64,000 nt of DNA from an uncultured bacterium (GTDB taxonomy: Bacteria; SAR324; NAC60-12). The position numbers and the translations under genes are program-made. The notes below the pieces were generated by a model, which saw only the letters and a program-made list of their open reading frames with translations, made no database searches and was not told the origin of the DNA. This document shows positions 8,675 through 18,034 of this stretch, piece by piece. Within the stretch, counting starts at the first letter, position 1. Every line of letters starts with the position of its first letter. The DNA is taken from NCBI GenBank assembly GCA_965662235.1, contig CBFIGY010000014.1, forward strand, positions 10,780-74,779. Direction: 5' to 3'.

Positions 8675-9510
8675 CAGGGACGGTCCTTCACCGCCGTTGG
8701 AATGAACAGGGGCGTTTCCTGCACCGTGAACTCCCGGATCAGCTGCTGGCCCGACACAGAAGTCAACCACGCAATGAAACGCATGGCGCCTAGGTAATTC
8801 ACTTCCCGGTACCGGTCTGGATTGACCGCGATGATGCCGTAGGGATTGAACAAGCGGTCATCGCCTTCCACCAGCACCTCTAGGTTCAGCTTCTCCCGGA
8901 AGGCAAGCCAGGTGCCGCGGTCCGTCAGCGTGTACGCTCCCAGTTCGGAGCTCATCACCAAAACCGCGCCCATGCCCTGTCCGGCTTCTCGATAATTTGC
9001 AGTTTTCGGCATTCCGCCAGCAAGCGCCCACAGGGCCCGCTCCTTTTTATGTGTCCCGGAATCATCTCCTCGCGACACAAACAGCGCGTCTGCCTGACGC
9101 ACCCGCTGTAGCGCCTCCGGAGCCTGCGTCAGGCCACGGAGACCCGCCGGATCTTCCGGGGGTCCCACTAGGACAAAGTCGTTGTACATGACCGCGCGCC
9201 GGTTGACCCCGAACCCGGCGTCCACAAAGGCCTGCTCAGCCGCTGGCGCATGCACCAGCACCACATCGACGTTTCCGTCTTCTCCAAGCTTCAGCGCCTT
9301 GCCGGTTCCCACAGCAATCACCTGAACCTCATCCCCCGTCTGCGCCTCATAGACGGGGAGCAACGCTGCCAGCAATCCGGAGTTGTCCGTACTGGTCGTT
9401 GTGGCCAACCGGAGCGGAGCAGCCTGCACACAGGAAATGCTAAACAGAAGGGTCAGGAGCCAAAGCCCCTTTCCGAAGAAGCTGAAATTCAGAGATCGCA
9501 GTTTTGTCAT
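8674..9510 (-). CDS. tupA: Tungstate ABC transporter substrate-binding protein TupA
   Basis: Signal peptide and TupA signature LATTTSTDNSGLL, plus VGTGKAL, MYNDFV, SRGDDSGTH and YTLTDRGT. Start may instead be TTG 9552. Confidence 0.92.
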   Translation of the reverse strand: MTKLRSLNFSFFGKGLWLLTLLFSISCVQAAPLRLATTTSTDNSGLLAALLPVYEAQTGDEVQVIAVGTGKALKLGEDGNVDVVLVHAPAAEQAFVDAGFGVNRRAVMYNDFVLVGPPEDPAGLRGLTQAPEALQRVRQADALFVSRGDDSGTHKKERALWALAGGMPKTANYREAGQGMGAVLVMSSELGAYTLTDRGTWLAFREKLNLEVLVEGDDRLFNPYGIIAVNPDRYREVNYLGAMRFIAWLTSVSGQQLIREFTVQETPLFIPTAVKDRP

Positions 9511-9548
9511 TGCACGGTTTTTCGAGTCGAAGTGAAGTCGGTTCCGCC

Positions 9549-11519
9549 TCAAGCGTCAGGTGCCTTGCGGACGAGCCGGCCAGCGTCCGGTGCCGGCTCC
9601 AGCCCAAGCGTCCGCAGGAGTTCCTGCCCCTGGGGAGCGGTCAGCAGTTCCAGAAACGCCTGGACTGCAGGCTGTTCCAAACGAGCCTCCGGGATCAGAA
9701 AATCGTACTCTTCATCCTGCAAGAAGTAAAACACGAGCCCTGCGTCCTGAGCGACCGACTCAATCGTGATGCCCCAATCCGCGCGGCCCTGTGCCACTGC
9801 CGTTGCCACCGCATTGTGAGAGGACGCCTCCATCCAAAATCCGGAGGGGCGCGCTTCTCCCAGCAGCTGGTCCAGCAGCACCCGGGTACCGCTGCCTCGG
9901 TTTCGGTTGATCATCCGAAGTTCCGGATCAGTTAGCCGTTTCCGCAGCGCCTCCTCTTTCATCCCAGCCAGATCCAGCGTCTGAGGACGGACCACCAGCC
10001 CCTGCCGACGCCGGTAGCCCTTGACCCAGCGCAACCCGGGAGTCACCAAGTGCTCGTTGTAAATCCCGGAAGCGGCATCCATCAGGTGCGTGCCGGCAAG
10101 GTCGCACTCACCGCGCCGCGCCGCGCGGACCCCACCCATGCTGCCCACGGCGAGACTCCGGCTCTGCCACCCCTGTTCCCGCAAGCGGCTCAGGAGCCGA
10201 TCGACTCCCACGCAGTGGCTTCCAATGACCATCAGATCGGGCAGGCTCGCGGACTCCCCAAGCAAACGCACCCTTACGGGACGCCCGGCCTCCACCCGCT
10301 CCACTTCACGGGGAACCTCCACAAAGCCATCCGCACGTGCAAACCCAGAAATCGACCCCGACCCCTTGCCTGTTGGGTAAGCACTGAAACGCGGAACACC
10401 GCCAGAGGCATCCGCTTCCGGAGTTCGGACCAGGTGCACCATCTGGAAATCCGTCCGGCCCTTATCGGTCTGCAGGGGAAACGGGAGGATCGCTTCCACG
10501 TCACGATGCTGCTGTGGAGGAAGCCCAGCCAACGCCCGGAGCACCGGCGCCACAAAGCGGGTAAACGTAAAGATGGCCGAGGTGGGAAATCCGGGAAGAA
10601 TGGCCGCTGGCGTTCCTTCCAAAACAGCAAGGCAGAGGGGCTTCCCCGGTTTCAGCGAAACCCCATGCACCAGCACCCCGGGGTGGCCAAACCGCTGGAA
10701 GACACGGTGGTTCAGGTCACCTTCTCCCTTTGAGGTGCCTGCCGACAGCAACAGCAGGTCCACAGACTTCAGAGCTTCCCGGACCGTGCCCTCAATGAGG
10801 CGCTCCTCATCCGGAAGCACCCCCAGCAGGTGTGGCACGCCGCCCTGCTCCTCAACGGCATGCGCCAGGAGGGTGCTGTTGCAGTCATGAACCTTGCCCG
10901 GAGCGATCGGAGCACCAAGGGGCAGCAACTCGTCTCCGGTGGAAAGGATGCCCACACGGGGCTTGCGCCACACCCACACTTCGGCCAGGCCCAGCGCAGC
11001 CAGCGTCCCAGCTTCACGGTGCCCCAACAAGGTGCCTCGGGGGAGCACCAGCTCTCCAGCGCCTAAATCCGAACCAGCCGCCGCAATCCCGGCCCCGGGC
11101 GCAATTGGTCGTGTGACAGCAATGCCTTCCGGAACCGGCTGCGTGTGTTCAAGCATCACCACCCCATCGGCGCCTCGCGGAAGCATTCCTCCCGTGGAAA
11201 TGGCCGTCGCAGTCCCTGAAGTCACGGCGGCTTGCGGCACCACGCCACAGGTCAGTGATTCCGTATTGAGCCTCAGGATCACGGGTGCTGACTCTTCTGC
11301 GCCAAAGGTGTCCACGGCACAGACCGCAAACCCGTCGAAGTTGGAGCGGTCAAAGAACGGAACGTTGTGAGGAGCCAACACATCCCGGGACAGCACACGC
11401 CGCGCCGAATCGAGCAAGGAAATCCGCTCCTCTCCGAGCGGCTGAGGCTGAACCGCCTCCTCAAACACCCGCGTCGCCTCTTCTGCAGAGACCAATGACA
11501 GGAACTGCTCTTGCTGCAT
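9549..11519 (-). CDS. moeA: MoeA fused to a C-terminal PBP/LysR-type substrate-binding domain
   Basis: MoeA motifs PFFDRSNFDGFAV, STGDEL, KPGKP and LPGFP, then a PBP domain (GSHC, VGSMGG, NRNRGSGTR). ATG 11519 is coupled to the upstream moeA stop. Confidence 0.92.
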   Translation of the reverse strand: MQQEQFLSLVSAEEATRVFEEAVQPQPLGEERISLLDSARRVLSRDVLAPHNVPFFDRSNFDGFAVCAVDTFGAEESAPVILRLNTESLTCGVVPQAAVTSGTATAISTGGMLPRGADGVVMLEHTQPVPEGIAVTRPIAPGAGIAAAGSDLGAGELVLPRGTLLGHREAGTLAALGLAEVWVWRKPRVGILSTGDELLPLGAPIAPGKVHDCNSTLLAHAVEEQGGVPHLLGVLPDEERLIEGTVREALKSVDLLLLSAGTSKGEGDLNHRVFQRFGHPGVLVHGVSLKPGKPLCLAVLEGTPAAILPGFPTSAIFTFTRFVAPVLRALAGLPPQQHRDVEAILPFPLQTDKGRTDFQMVHLVRTPEADASGGVPRFSAYPTGKGSGSISGFARADGFVEVPREVERVEAGRPVRVRLLGESASLPDLMVIGSHCVGVDRLLSRLREQGWQSRSLAVGSMGGVRAARRGECDLAGTHLMDAASGIYNEHLVTPGLRWVKGYRRRQGLVVRPQTLDLAGMKEEALRKRLTDPELRMINRNRGSGTRVLLDQLLGEARPSGFWMEASSHNAVATAVAQGRADWGITIESVAQDAGLVFYFLQDEEYDFLIPEARLEQPAVQAFLELLTAPQGQELLRTLGLEPAPDAGRLVRKAPDA

Positions 11520-12745
11520 CAGTACCTCCAGACCACAATGGTTTCGCCAGACGCCAGACCTTCCGAATGCTCCTCTGTCAGAAAGAACGCGTCCGCCCGT
11601 GTTGTCGATGACAGGATCGACGCGCCTGCCGAGGCCAAAACAGAGGCTTCGTCGCCCTCCACCCGCAGGCGAACGTATTCCACCCGCCCAATTTGAGAAG
11701 AGAGCTTGGTTTTCAACCGGACGGTCTGAGGACGGTAAGGCCACTCTGGAGCCCGCCCGCCCAGCAGGCGCAGGGCCCGGGCGACCAAGCAGTCATAGGC
11801 ACAGAGTGCTGAAACCGGATTGCCCGGAAGCAAGAAGACCCGCTTGGTCCCGATCACGCCAAATCCGGTGGGGGCTGCCGGCTTCATTGGAATGCCGTGC
11901 ACCAGCAGGCGTCCCAGTTCGGCCACCAGAGACGGCGCCTGATCTTCTAGGCCAACGGAGGTTCCTCCCGTGACGATCACCACGTCCGTGTCAGCGGTTT
12001 CCAGTGCCGCCCGGAGCGCCTCCGGGTCATCGGGAAGCCGCTGAACGTTTTGCAGCTGTCCCCCGTCTCGCGCCACCAGTGGCTGCAGCATCACCGAGTT
12101 GCTGTCCACGATCTGGGCCCCTTTGGGAACCGTCCCGGGCGCCAGCAGCTCCGAACCTGTCAGCAGCAGCGTGACCGTTGGACACCGCCGCACCGAAACC
12201 CACGTTTCTCCCACAGACGCCAGAAGCCCAAGGTCCTGGGGACGCAGCTGGCGCCCTTCCGGAAGCAACTCGTCTCCGGCCTTGAGGTCTTCTCCGACGC
12301 GACTGACGTGCCGCCAGGGTGGCAGAGCTTCAAGCACCCGAACCTCATCCTGCTCCCGTTCCGTGGATTCTGCAGGAACCACAGCGTCCGCCCCTTCCGG
12401 AAGCGGAGCCCCGGTCATGATCTCCACCGCCTCCCCTGGCCTCACTCTTCCGGAGAAGGGGCGTCCCGGAAGCGACTGCCCGATCACGTGCAGTGGTAGT
12501 GGCTGATAGAGCCCGGCACCAAAGGTGTCTTCCCCCTGAACCGCGTATCCATCCATGGCGGCACGGTGAAAGTGTGGCACATTCACCGGTGCGGTGAGTG
12601 CTTCCGTGAGCACGCGTCCGACCGCCTGCTCCACCGAAACACGCTCGGCGTCAAGAGGAGAACAGTGCTGCTCTAGGAGGGTGAGGCATTCAGAGAGGGA
12701 GGTCCGTCGCAAGAAGCCACGCATCCGGATGTCATCAGACGGCAT
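11519..12745 (-). CDS. moeA: Molybdopterin molybdo/tungstotransferase MoeA
   Basis: PHFHRAAMDGYAV, IMTGAPLPEGADAVV, GGTSVG and LPGNPVS motifs. Start at ATG 12745 after a GAGGT RBS. Confidence 0.93.
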   Translation of the reverse strand: MPSDDIRMRGFLRRTSLSECLTLLEQHCSPLDAERVSVEQAVGRVLTEALTAPVNVPHFHRAAMDGYAVQGEDTFGAGLYQPLPLHVIGQSLPGRPFSGRVRPGEAVEIMTGAPLPEGADAVVPAESTEREQDEVRVLEALPPWRHVSRVGEDLKAGDELLPEGRQLRPQDLGLLASVGETWVSVRRCPTVTLLLTGSELLAPGTVPKGAQIVDSNSVMLQPLVARDGGQLQNVQRLPDDPEALRAALETADTDVVIVTGGTSVGLEDQAPSLVAELGRLLVHGIPMKPAAPTGFGVIGTKRVFLLPGNPVSALCAYDCLVARALRLLGGRAPEWPYRPQTVRLKTKLSSQIGRVEYVRLRVEGDEASVLASAGASILSSTTRADAFFLTEEHSEGLASGETIVVWRY

Positions 12746-12805
12746 CAGGCGACCTCTTGCCAAGACGTCCGAGCGGGTCCGGACGCCTGAAACAAACGGG
12801 GGGCG

Positions 12806-13453
12806 TTAGCGGGTGGGGAGAGCGTTGCGGATCTGCGCATACACGTCATCAGGGGACTGCATGCCGTCGATTGAAACCAGCACGCCCTTCTTGGTGTAGT
12901 AGTCAACCAGAGGAGAGGTTTGCTCATGGTACGTATTGAGGCGGTTCCGGACCGTGTTTTCGTTGTCGTCATCGCGCTGAATCAGGTCTTCACCCGTCAC
13001 ATCATCCTTGCCTGCGACCTGCGGTGGATTGAATTCCACGTGGTAGGTGCGGCCGCTGGGCTGATGGATGCGACGCCCGGAGATCCGCTTCACCACCGCG
13101 TCATCGTTCACCCGCAGTTCCAGAACCCGCTCAATGCCCACGCCTAGGTCGGAAAGCATGCCGTCCAGCATTTCCGCCTGCACCAGCGTCCGAGGGAAGC
13201 CATCGAGCATGAAGCCGTTGGCACAGTCCTCCTGCTGAATGCGCTCCTTGACGATCCCGGCGACAATCTCATCAGAGACGAGCTTCCCGGCATCCATCAC
13301 CGCCTTCGCCTGCTTACCAATCTCCGAACCCGACTTGACGGCTGCGCGGAGCATGTCCCCCGTTGACAGCTGCACCAGACCGTAATCTCGAATCAAATTG
13401 TTGGCTTGTGTGCCTTTACCAGCCCCCGGAGGACCGAGCAGTATAATTCTCAT
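12806..13453 (-). CDS. adk: Adenylate kinase
   Basis: [25 protein letters not shown] and a Zn-free LID (H-x2-SGR-x-YH). Confidence 0.98.
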   Translation of the reverse strand: MRIILLGPPGAGKGTQANNLIRDYGLVQLSTGDMLRAAVKSGSEIGKQAKAVMDAGKLVSDEIVAGIVKERIQQEDCANGFMLDGFPRTLVQAEMLDGMLSDLGVGIERVLELRVNDDAVVKRISGRRIHQPSGRTYHVEFNPPQVAGKDDVTGEDLIQRDDDNENTVRNRLNTYHEQTSPLVDYYTKKGVLVSIDGMQSPDDVYAQIRNALPTR

Positions 13454-13572
13454 AATGGGCTCCTATTCTCAGAAATAAGGGTTTTGCCGCCGAAACGATC
13501 GCATTCTATTCCGTTCCCTGGGAAAGCTCAAAGAGTTTTCCTGAGAAATTCCAAGTGGATGAGTGAAGGAGT

Positions 13573-14922
13573 TCAGGCGGACAGGGTTCCGGAAACACCG
13601 GACTTCTCCACGGCGTCCAGGTAAACCGGAACCAGCTGGTTGGGCGCCAGCGACACCCCAGCGGCCGGACGGAGGTTCACCCGCAGGTAATTGTCAGTAA
13701 ACCCACTCAAACGACCGTCGGGACGAGGTGATTCCAGCAGCACCTCCCGGACGGTGCCCAAGAAGCGCTCCTGAAAGAGGCGACGCTTGCGACGGCTCAG
13801 GTCCCGGAGGATCTCACTGCGGGCCTGCTTCTGCTCAGGCGTCACCTGATCGGCACGACGGAACGCCGGGGTGCCCGCCCGCTCTGAAAAGGGGAAGACG
13901 TGGAAGTAGTCGATCGGGAGCATGGTCAGCAGGTCTCGAGTCTCCTCAAACTCAGCGTCTGACTCTCCGGGAAACCCGACCATGACGTCGGTGCCAATGC
14001 AGAGATCCGGAACGGCTTCAGCAGCGCGGGCCACTTCTTCCGCATACGCCGAAGCCGTGTAGCGACGCTTCATCTCGGTCAGCACCTTGGTGGAACCCGA
14101 CTGGAGGGGCAGGTGTAAGAAGGGAACCAGCTTGTGCTGAGGGTCGGCCATGTACGCCAGCAGCGGATCCGGAACCGTCGTGGGTTCAATGGAGCTGATG
14201 CGGATGCGGGCGAGGTCCGGGAGCTCCTGCAAAAAGTCGATGACCTCAAGAAGCGTCTTTCCGGACTCGTCGTAGGTTCCCACGTTCACGCCTGTCAGGA
14301 TCAGCTCTCGGACCTGCTCCTGTTCCACCAGCAGGCGAGCCTCTTCCTGCAGGTTGGCAAAGTCTCGGGAACGGGACCGTCCACGGGCAAAGGGAATGAT
14401 GCAGAAGCTGCACATGAAGTCACAGCCGTCCTGCACCTTCAGCGAAGCACGGGTCCGGAACACGCCTGCTGGCTGCTGCCGAAGCGGTGCCTCTGGAGCC
14501 ACCTCGGGAAGCAGAGGCACCACGGGAGCAGCAAACGCCTTCCGGGAGATCTTCTCCTTGACCACCAACGGCGTCTCCTGAGCCAGCGCCTCTGGCAGAA
14601 ACTCCCCCAGCCTCAGCTTCTCCGCGTTGCCGATGACCAGCTGGACGCCTTCAATCGCAGCAACCTCGTCTGGCGCCATCTGCGCGTAGCACCCCACCAC
14701 CGCAACCGCGGCGTCCGGGTTCTTGCGCTTCAGCGCCCGGATGGCCTGCCGGTTCTTGGCATCACTGTGCTCGGTGACAGTGCAGGTGTTGACCACACAC
14801 AGGTCTGCGGGCTCTTCCTCAGAGACCACCTGCCAGCCTTGCTGAACCAGGCTCCGGGCCAGGACTTCCGTTTCCGATTGATTGAGCCGGCACCCAAGGG
14901 TTTGAAAAGAGACGCGCTTCAC
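13573..14922 (-). CDS. mtaB: tRNA t6A37 methylthiotransferase MtaB
   Basis: TLGCRLNQSE, NTCTVT, RTRASLKVQDGCDFMCSFCIIP, RISSIEP and HVFPFSER-x-GTPA. Confidence 0.92.
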   Translation of the reverse strand: MKRVSFQTLGCRLNQSETEVLARSLVQQGWQVVSEEEPADLCVVNTCTVTEHSDAKNRQAIRALKRKNPDAAVAVVGCYAQMAPDEVAAIEGVQLVIGNAEKLRLGEFLPEALAQETPLVVKEKISRKAFAAPVVPLLPEVAPEAPLRQQPAGVFRTRASLKVQDGCDFMCSFCIIPFARGRSRSRDFANLQEEARLLVEQEQVRELILTGVNVGTYDESGKTLLEVIDFLQELPDLARIRISSIEPTTVPDPLLAYMADPQHKLVPFLHLPLQSGSTKVLTEMKRRYTASAYAEEVARAAEAVPDLCIGTDVMVGFPGESDAEFEETRDLLTMLPIDYFHVFPFSERAGTPAFRRADQVTPEQKQARSEILRDLSRRKRRLFQERFLGTVREVLLESPRPDGRLSGFTDNYLRVNLRPAAGVSLAPNQLVPVYLDAVEKSGVSGTLSA

Positions 14923-14991
14923 GGCGATGCTTCAAAAGGAGGGATTCCCCCGGATGGAACCGAGGGGCATTGAATTCCGTCCAGCGACGGT

Positions 14992-16155
14992 TCAGGGGTT
15001 GGGATTAAGGAACACCATCCGGTTTCCAGAAACCGACTGGACGGCAACCTCAATTTCCTGCTCCAGGAGGTCACGGCGGATCTGCCGGCGGAGGCGGCTC
15101 TTCTCTTCCGTGGAGAACAGCTCCAGCTCCAGGTACTTGTTGGTGTTCTGGAGTTCCTTGAGTTGCTTGAATCCAGGGGTGCCTTCCAGGTAATCAATGA
15201 TCTGGTCTTCCTGCTCAAAGCTGAAGTCCCGGAAGATCAGCTGGTAAGCGAAGCCCTGGTCATCCACCCGCTGGTAGTAGTCGGCAATCTGGCCAATGGC
15301 CTGACGAGCGACTTCCTGTCCGGCGCGTTCTCCGGCCTTGCCCAGCATCCGGAGCCAGTCGTAGGGACCCGGAGGGTTGGCGGCCAGCTCCTTGCCTTCC
15401 ACTGCAGCATCAGCGATCTGCCGTCCTGTCGAAGTGTCAAAGGCTTCCAGCCGGACAAGAGCGCGGGTGACCCAGAAGAGCCCGCCCTTTTCATCCTTCT
15501 TGCCCCCAATGACTTCTACGCGCAGCACAATCTCTGCCTGCTGATCTAGGGCGGCAGCAATCAGCAACTCCGTGGAACGGTTCACGCCGGCAGCTTGCTC
15601 AATGGCTCGGCTGACCTGCTGGGTCTGCTGCTCATTGAAGATGCGGAAGCCCGCTTGGTTCATCTGATTCCGGATTTCCCCCAGCGTCTGAGAGACGGCG
15701 CTGTTGTCCGCTGGAAGGGCATGCGGGTCTCGGCCCTGATACAGCACCATCAGGCGCTTGCTGCCCATCTTCTGATGAAGGATGCGCAGCGCCGTCAGCT
15801 TGTCTTCGATCTTCCCTTCTGAAACCTGGGCGCGGATGCGGACCTCAAATGAGGTGCCATCTCCGCTGACGCCTTCCTGGAGGATCTCGTACTCGGTGAC
15901 GTACCCTTGGCTGCTGCTGTAGATCTCGTCGCGGATAACCTCGTAGTTCACCGCCAGGGTATTGGAGTCGATGAGGGTGCCCACGCCTTGTTCCACAGCC
16001 TGCCGCAGCGCGTTCTTGAGGGCCTGGGTCCGGGCGCTGGAGGTGTTGTTTCCGTAAATGGTGGCGGCGCCGGAGGCTTCCACCTCTGCGGCTTGGAGAA
16101 CAGGATGGACCCCTGCGAGCACGAGGCAGCAGAGGCTCAGAAGAAAAACTTTCAT
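14992..16155 (-). CDS. Secreted protein with an FlgT N-terminal-like domain
   Basis: Signal peptide followed by A-x-G-x-A...ARTQALKNALRQAVEQGVGTLIDS, typical of FlgT_N-family proteins. Confidence 0.65.
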   Translation of the reverse strand: MKVFLLSLCCLVLAGVHPVLQAAEVEASGAATIYGNNTSSARTQALKNALRQAVEQGVGTLIDSNTLAVNYEVIRDEIYSSSQGYVTEYEILQEGVSGDGTSFEVRIRAQVSEGKIEDKLTALRILHQKMGSKRLMVLYQGRDPHALPADNSAVSQTLGEIRNQMNQAGFRIFNEQQTQQVSRAIEQAAGVNRSTELLIAAALDQQAEIVLRVEVIGGKKDEKGGLFWVTRALVRLEAFDTSTGRQIADAAVEGKELAANPPGPYDWLRMLGKAGERAGQEVARQAIGQIADYYQRVDDQGFAYQLIFRDFSFEQEDQIIDYLEGTPGFKQLKELQNTNKYLELELFSTEEKSRLRRQIRRDLLEQEIEVAVQSVSGNRMVFLNPNP

Positions 16156-16164
16156 GAGAAGGCT

Positions 16165-17601
16165 TTAGTCCAGTTGCAAAGGTGGCATGTCTGCCGGTTG
16201 TAAATCCACTCGCTCCGTCGCTTCATCGAGCAGGGGCAGTTCCACAGGCTCAAGCACCTGCTCCTCTTCCGCCTGCTGAACCTGTTCGGCTTCTTCCAGC
16301 CGGATCTTGCGGTCTTCCAGCCGAACCGCCTGGACCATGGCTTTTTCCGGAGGAGGCGCTTTGCCAGCGGCTTCAATGGTCCGCTCCATCATGGTGTCCA
16401 GCGGATTGTAATCTCCCATGGCGTGCTGCATATCCGTCCAAGCCTGGGCGTACTTTTCATTGGGTCGGTAGGCATTCGCTTGCGCAAAGTGGTACGCCGC
16501 CAGTTCCGGCTCGCCTCGCATCTCATAAACCACGCCCAGGTCGTAGTGCGCTGCAGCTAGATTGAGCGGTTCCCAGGAGCTGGAGACGCGGGTGTGCGCT
16601 TTCACAATGCCCCCGTAGAGCATGAAGTCCCTGCGGGAAAGCTGCCGGAGGAGCGCCGTATCAATCTGCTCCTGTGAGAAGGTCTGCTTGTGCAACCGCA
16701 GGAGGTTCTTGAGGACCTCCCGTGGGAGCTTGGCGGCCTTCATCTGCACAAAAGCTTCATCGCTGAAACGGAACAGCGTGTCCGCCTCATAGGCTTGTGG
16801 TTCAAAGAGGAAGTAATTCCAGCGCTTGATCGCCTGATTGTAGTCACCGTTCGCCGCATACTCGACCCCTTCTGCAATCTGCGGATGCTCTCCATCAACC
16901 AGCCCTAGGCTCCAGGGCCGCTGATGCCGTCCGGTTTCCAGTTCAACAATGCGGTTCCGGGCCACGGGTCGGAGGCGTTGCAGAACACGCTTGAACGCCA
17001 GCTTGCCCAGCCGTGTCATTTCGTCTTCAGCAGCCGGGATGAGGAGGATGTTTTCTGCACCGGTGTAGCTCTGTTGGAAGCTCACCTTTTCCAACTGAAC
17101 ATCCAAAACAGACCCATCGGTTCCCCGAAGCGTCAGTTCCAGTTCTAGGTCGAGGGTCCGGTGGATGATCCGTTCCTGCCGAGGCATTTCAATGAACTCA
17201 AAGGCCTGCTTGGTCACCGCGTCCCCAGAGCTCTGCTGCTGCTTCACCCGGCTTTCAGCAAGCGCCAGCCGGGTCTCATCACGCATTTCCTCTTCATCAC
17301 GGATGGAGTGCAACCGCACGTCTCCCTCAAGGACGGCCACACCGGAGGTGCCGGCTTCCGGAAAGTCTGGGACCGGTTCAAAGTACGGATCCTCCCGGAT
17401 TTCCTGCTTGAGGACTTCGCGGAACAGAGCTGCGTTTTGCCCGGTGAAGCGGTCCACATGGAGGCCACTGATGCCCACCAGAGCCGAAGACTCCGGAGGG
17501 GCGCTGTAGTAGATTCGGGTCGGCGAACAGCCGCCGAGCACCCAAAGTGCGACCAGTACCAGCAGCCCTGAGAGGCGGCGCTCAATCGGTGGTAATGTCA
17601 T
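16165..17601 (-). CDS. Hypothetical lipoprotein with TPR-like helices
   Basis: ATG 17601 gives a signal peptide with lipobox LGGC. TPR-like segments GVEYAANGDYNQAIKRW and AAHYDLGVVYEMRGE. Confidence 0.75.
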   Translation of the reverse strand: MTLPPIERRLSGLLVLVALWVLGGCSPTRIYYSAPPESSALVGISGLHVDRFTGQNAALFREVLKQEIREDPYFEPVPDFPEAGTSGVAVLEGDVRLHSIRDEEEMRDETRLALAESRVKQQQSSGDAVTKQAFEFIEMPRQERIIHRTLDLELELTLRGTDGSVLDVQLEKVSFQQSYTGAENILLIPAAEDEMTRLGKLAFKRVLQRLRPVARNRIVELETGRHQRPWSLGLVDGEHPQIAEGVEYAANGDYNQAIKRWNYFLFEPQAYEADTLFRFSDEAFVQMKAAKLPREVLKNLLRLHKQTFSQEQIDTALLRQLSRRDFMLYGGIVKAHTRVSSSWEPLNLAAAHYDLGVVYEMRGEPELAAYHFAQANAYRPNEKYAQAWTDMQHAMGDYNPLDTMMERTIEAAGKAPPPEKAMVQAVRLEDRKIRLEEAEQVQQAEEEQVLEPVELPLLDEATERVDLQPADMPPLQLD

Positions 17602-17968
17602 TAATCGTATTTTGAAGCGTTTTGTTCTGGTCAATGGTCCAGGTATCGAGTGCCGCATCGTCATCGAGGTTGGCCGTCGCCTGAGCCGTAAAGGTTGTTC
17701 CGGTTGCTGTGGGCAACGTGTAGGTGTAGGTCGCGCCGCTGTCGATCTCCAGATCCAGGTCTGACAGAGAGGAGGCATACGTCTGATTCATCGCATGATA
17801 AATCTTCTGGGCCGTATGCAGGGCACTGAGGGTTGCCTGAGCTTCCGATTGCCGAGTGCGTAGCAGGTAGCCTTCCAGACGAGGATAGGCGAGGGTCGCC
17901 AGGATTCCGATGATGACCACAACGATCATGACTTCCATCAAACTGAATCCTCGACGCACTGCCGGCAT
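17582..17968 (-). CDS. Type IV pilin (PilE-like) with a prepilin cleavage/methylation site
   Basis: RRG|FSLME-VMIVVVIIGILATLAYP motif; GGAG RBS before ATG 17968. Confidence 0.9.
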   Translation of the reverse strand: MPAVRRGFSLMEVMIVVVIIGILATLAYPRLEGYLLRTRQSEAQATLSALHTAQKIYHAMNQTYASSLSDLDLEIDSGATYTYTLPTATGTTFTAQATANLDDDAALDTWTIDQNKTLQNTINDITTD

Positions 17969-18034
17969 TGGCGCTCCATGCAATAAGTGTGACGTGCGGC
18001 GGGCGGAGGCTTGCGCCTCCGAAAAGGTAGGGGC

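Noticed and set aside
1442..14922. Two MiaB-like genes as a recent duplication
   Set aside because: Their motifs separate them into MiaB and MtaB, which are distinct standard families.
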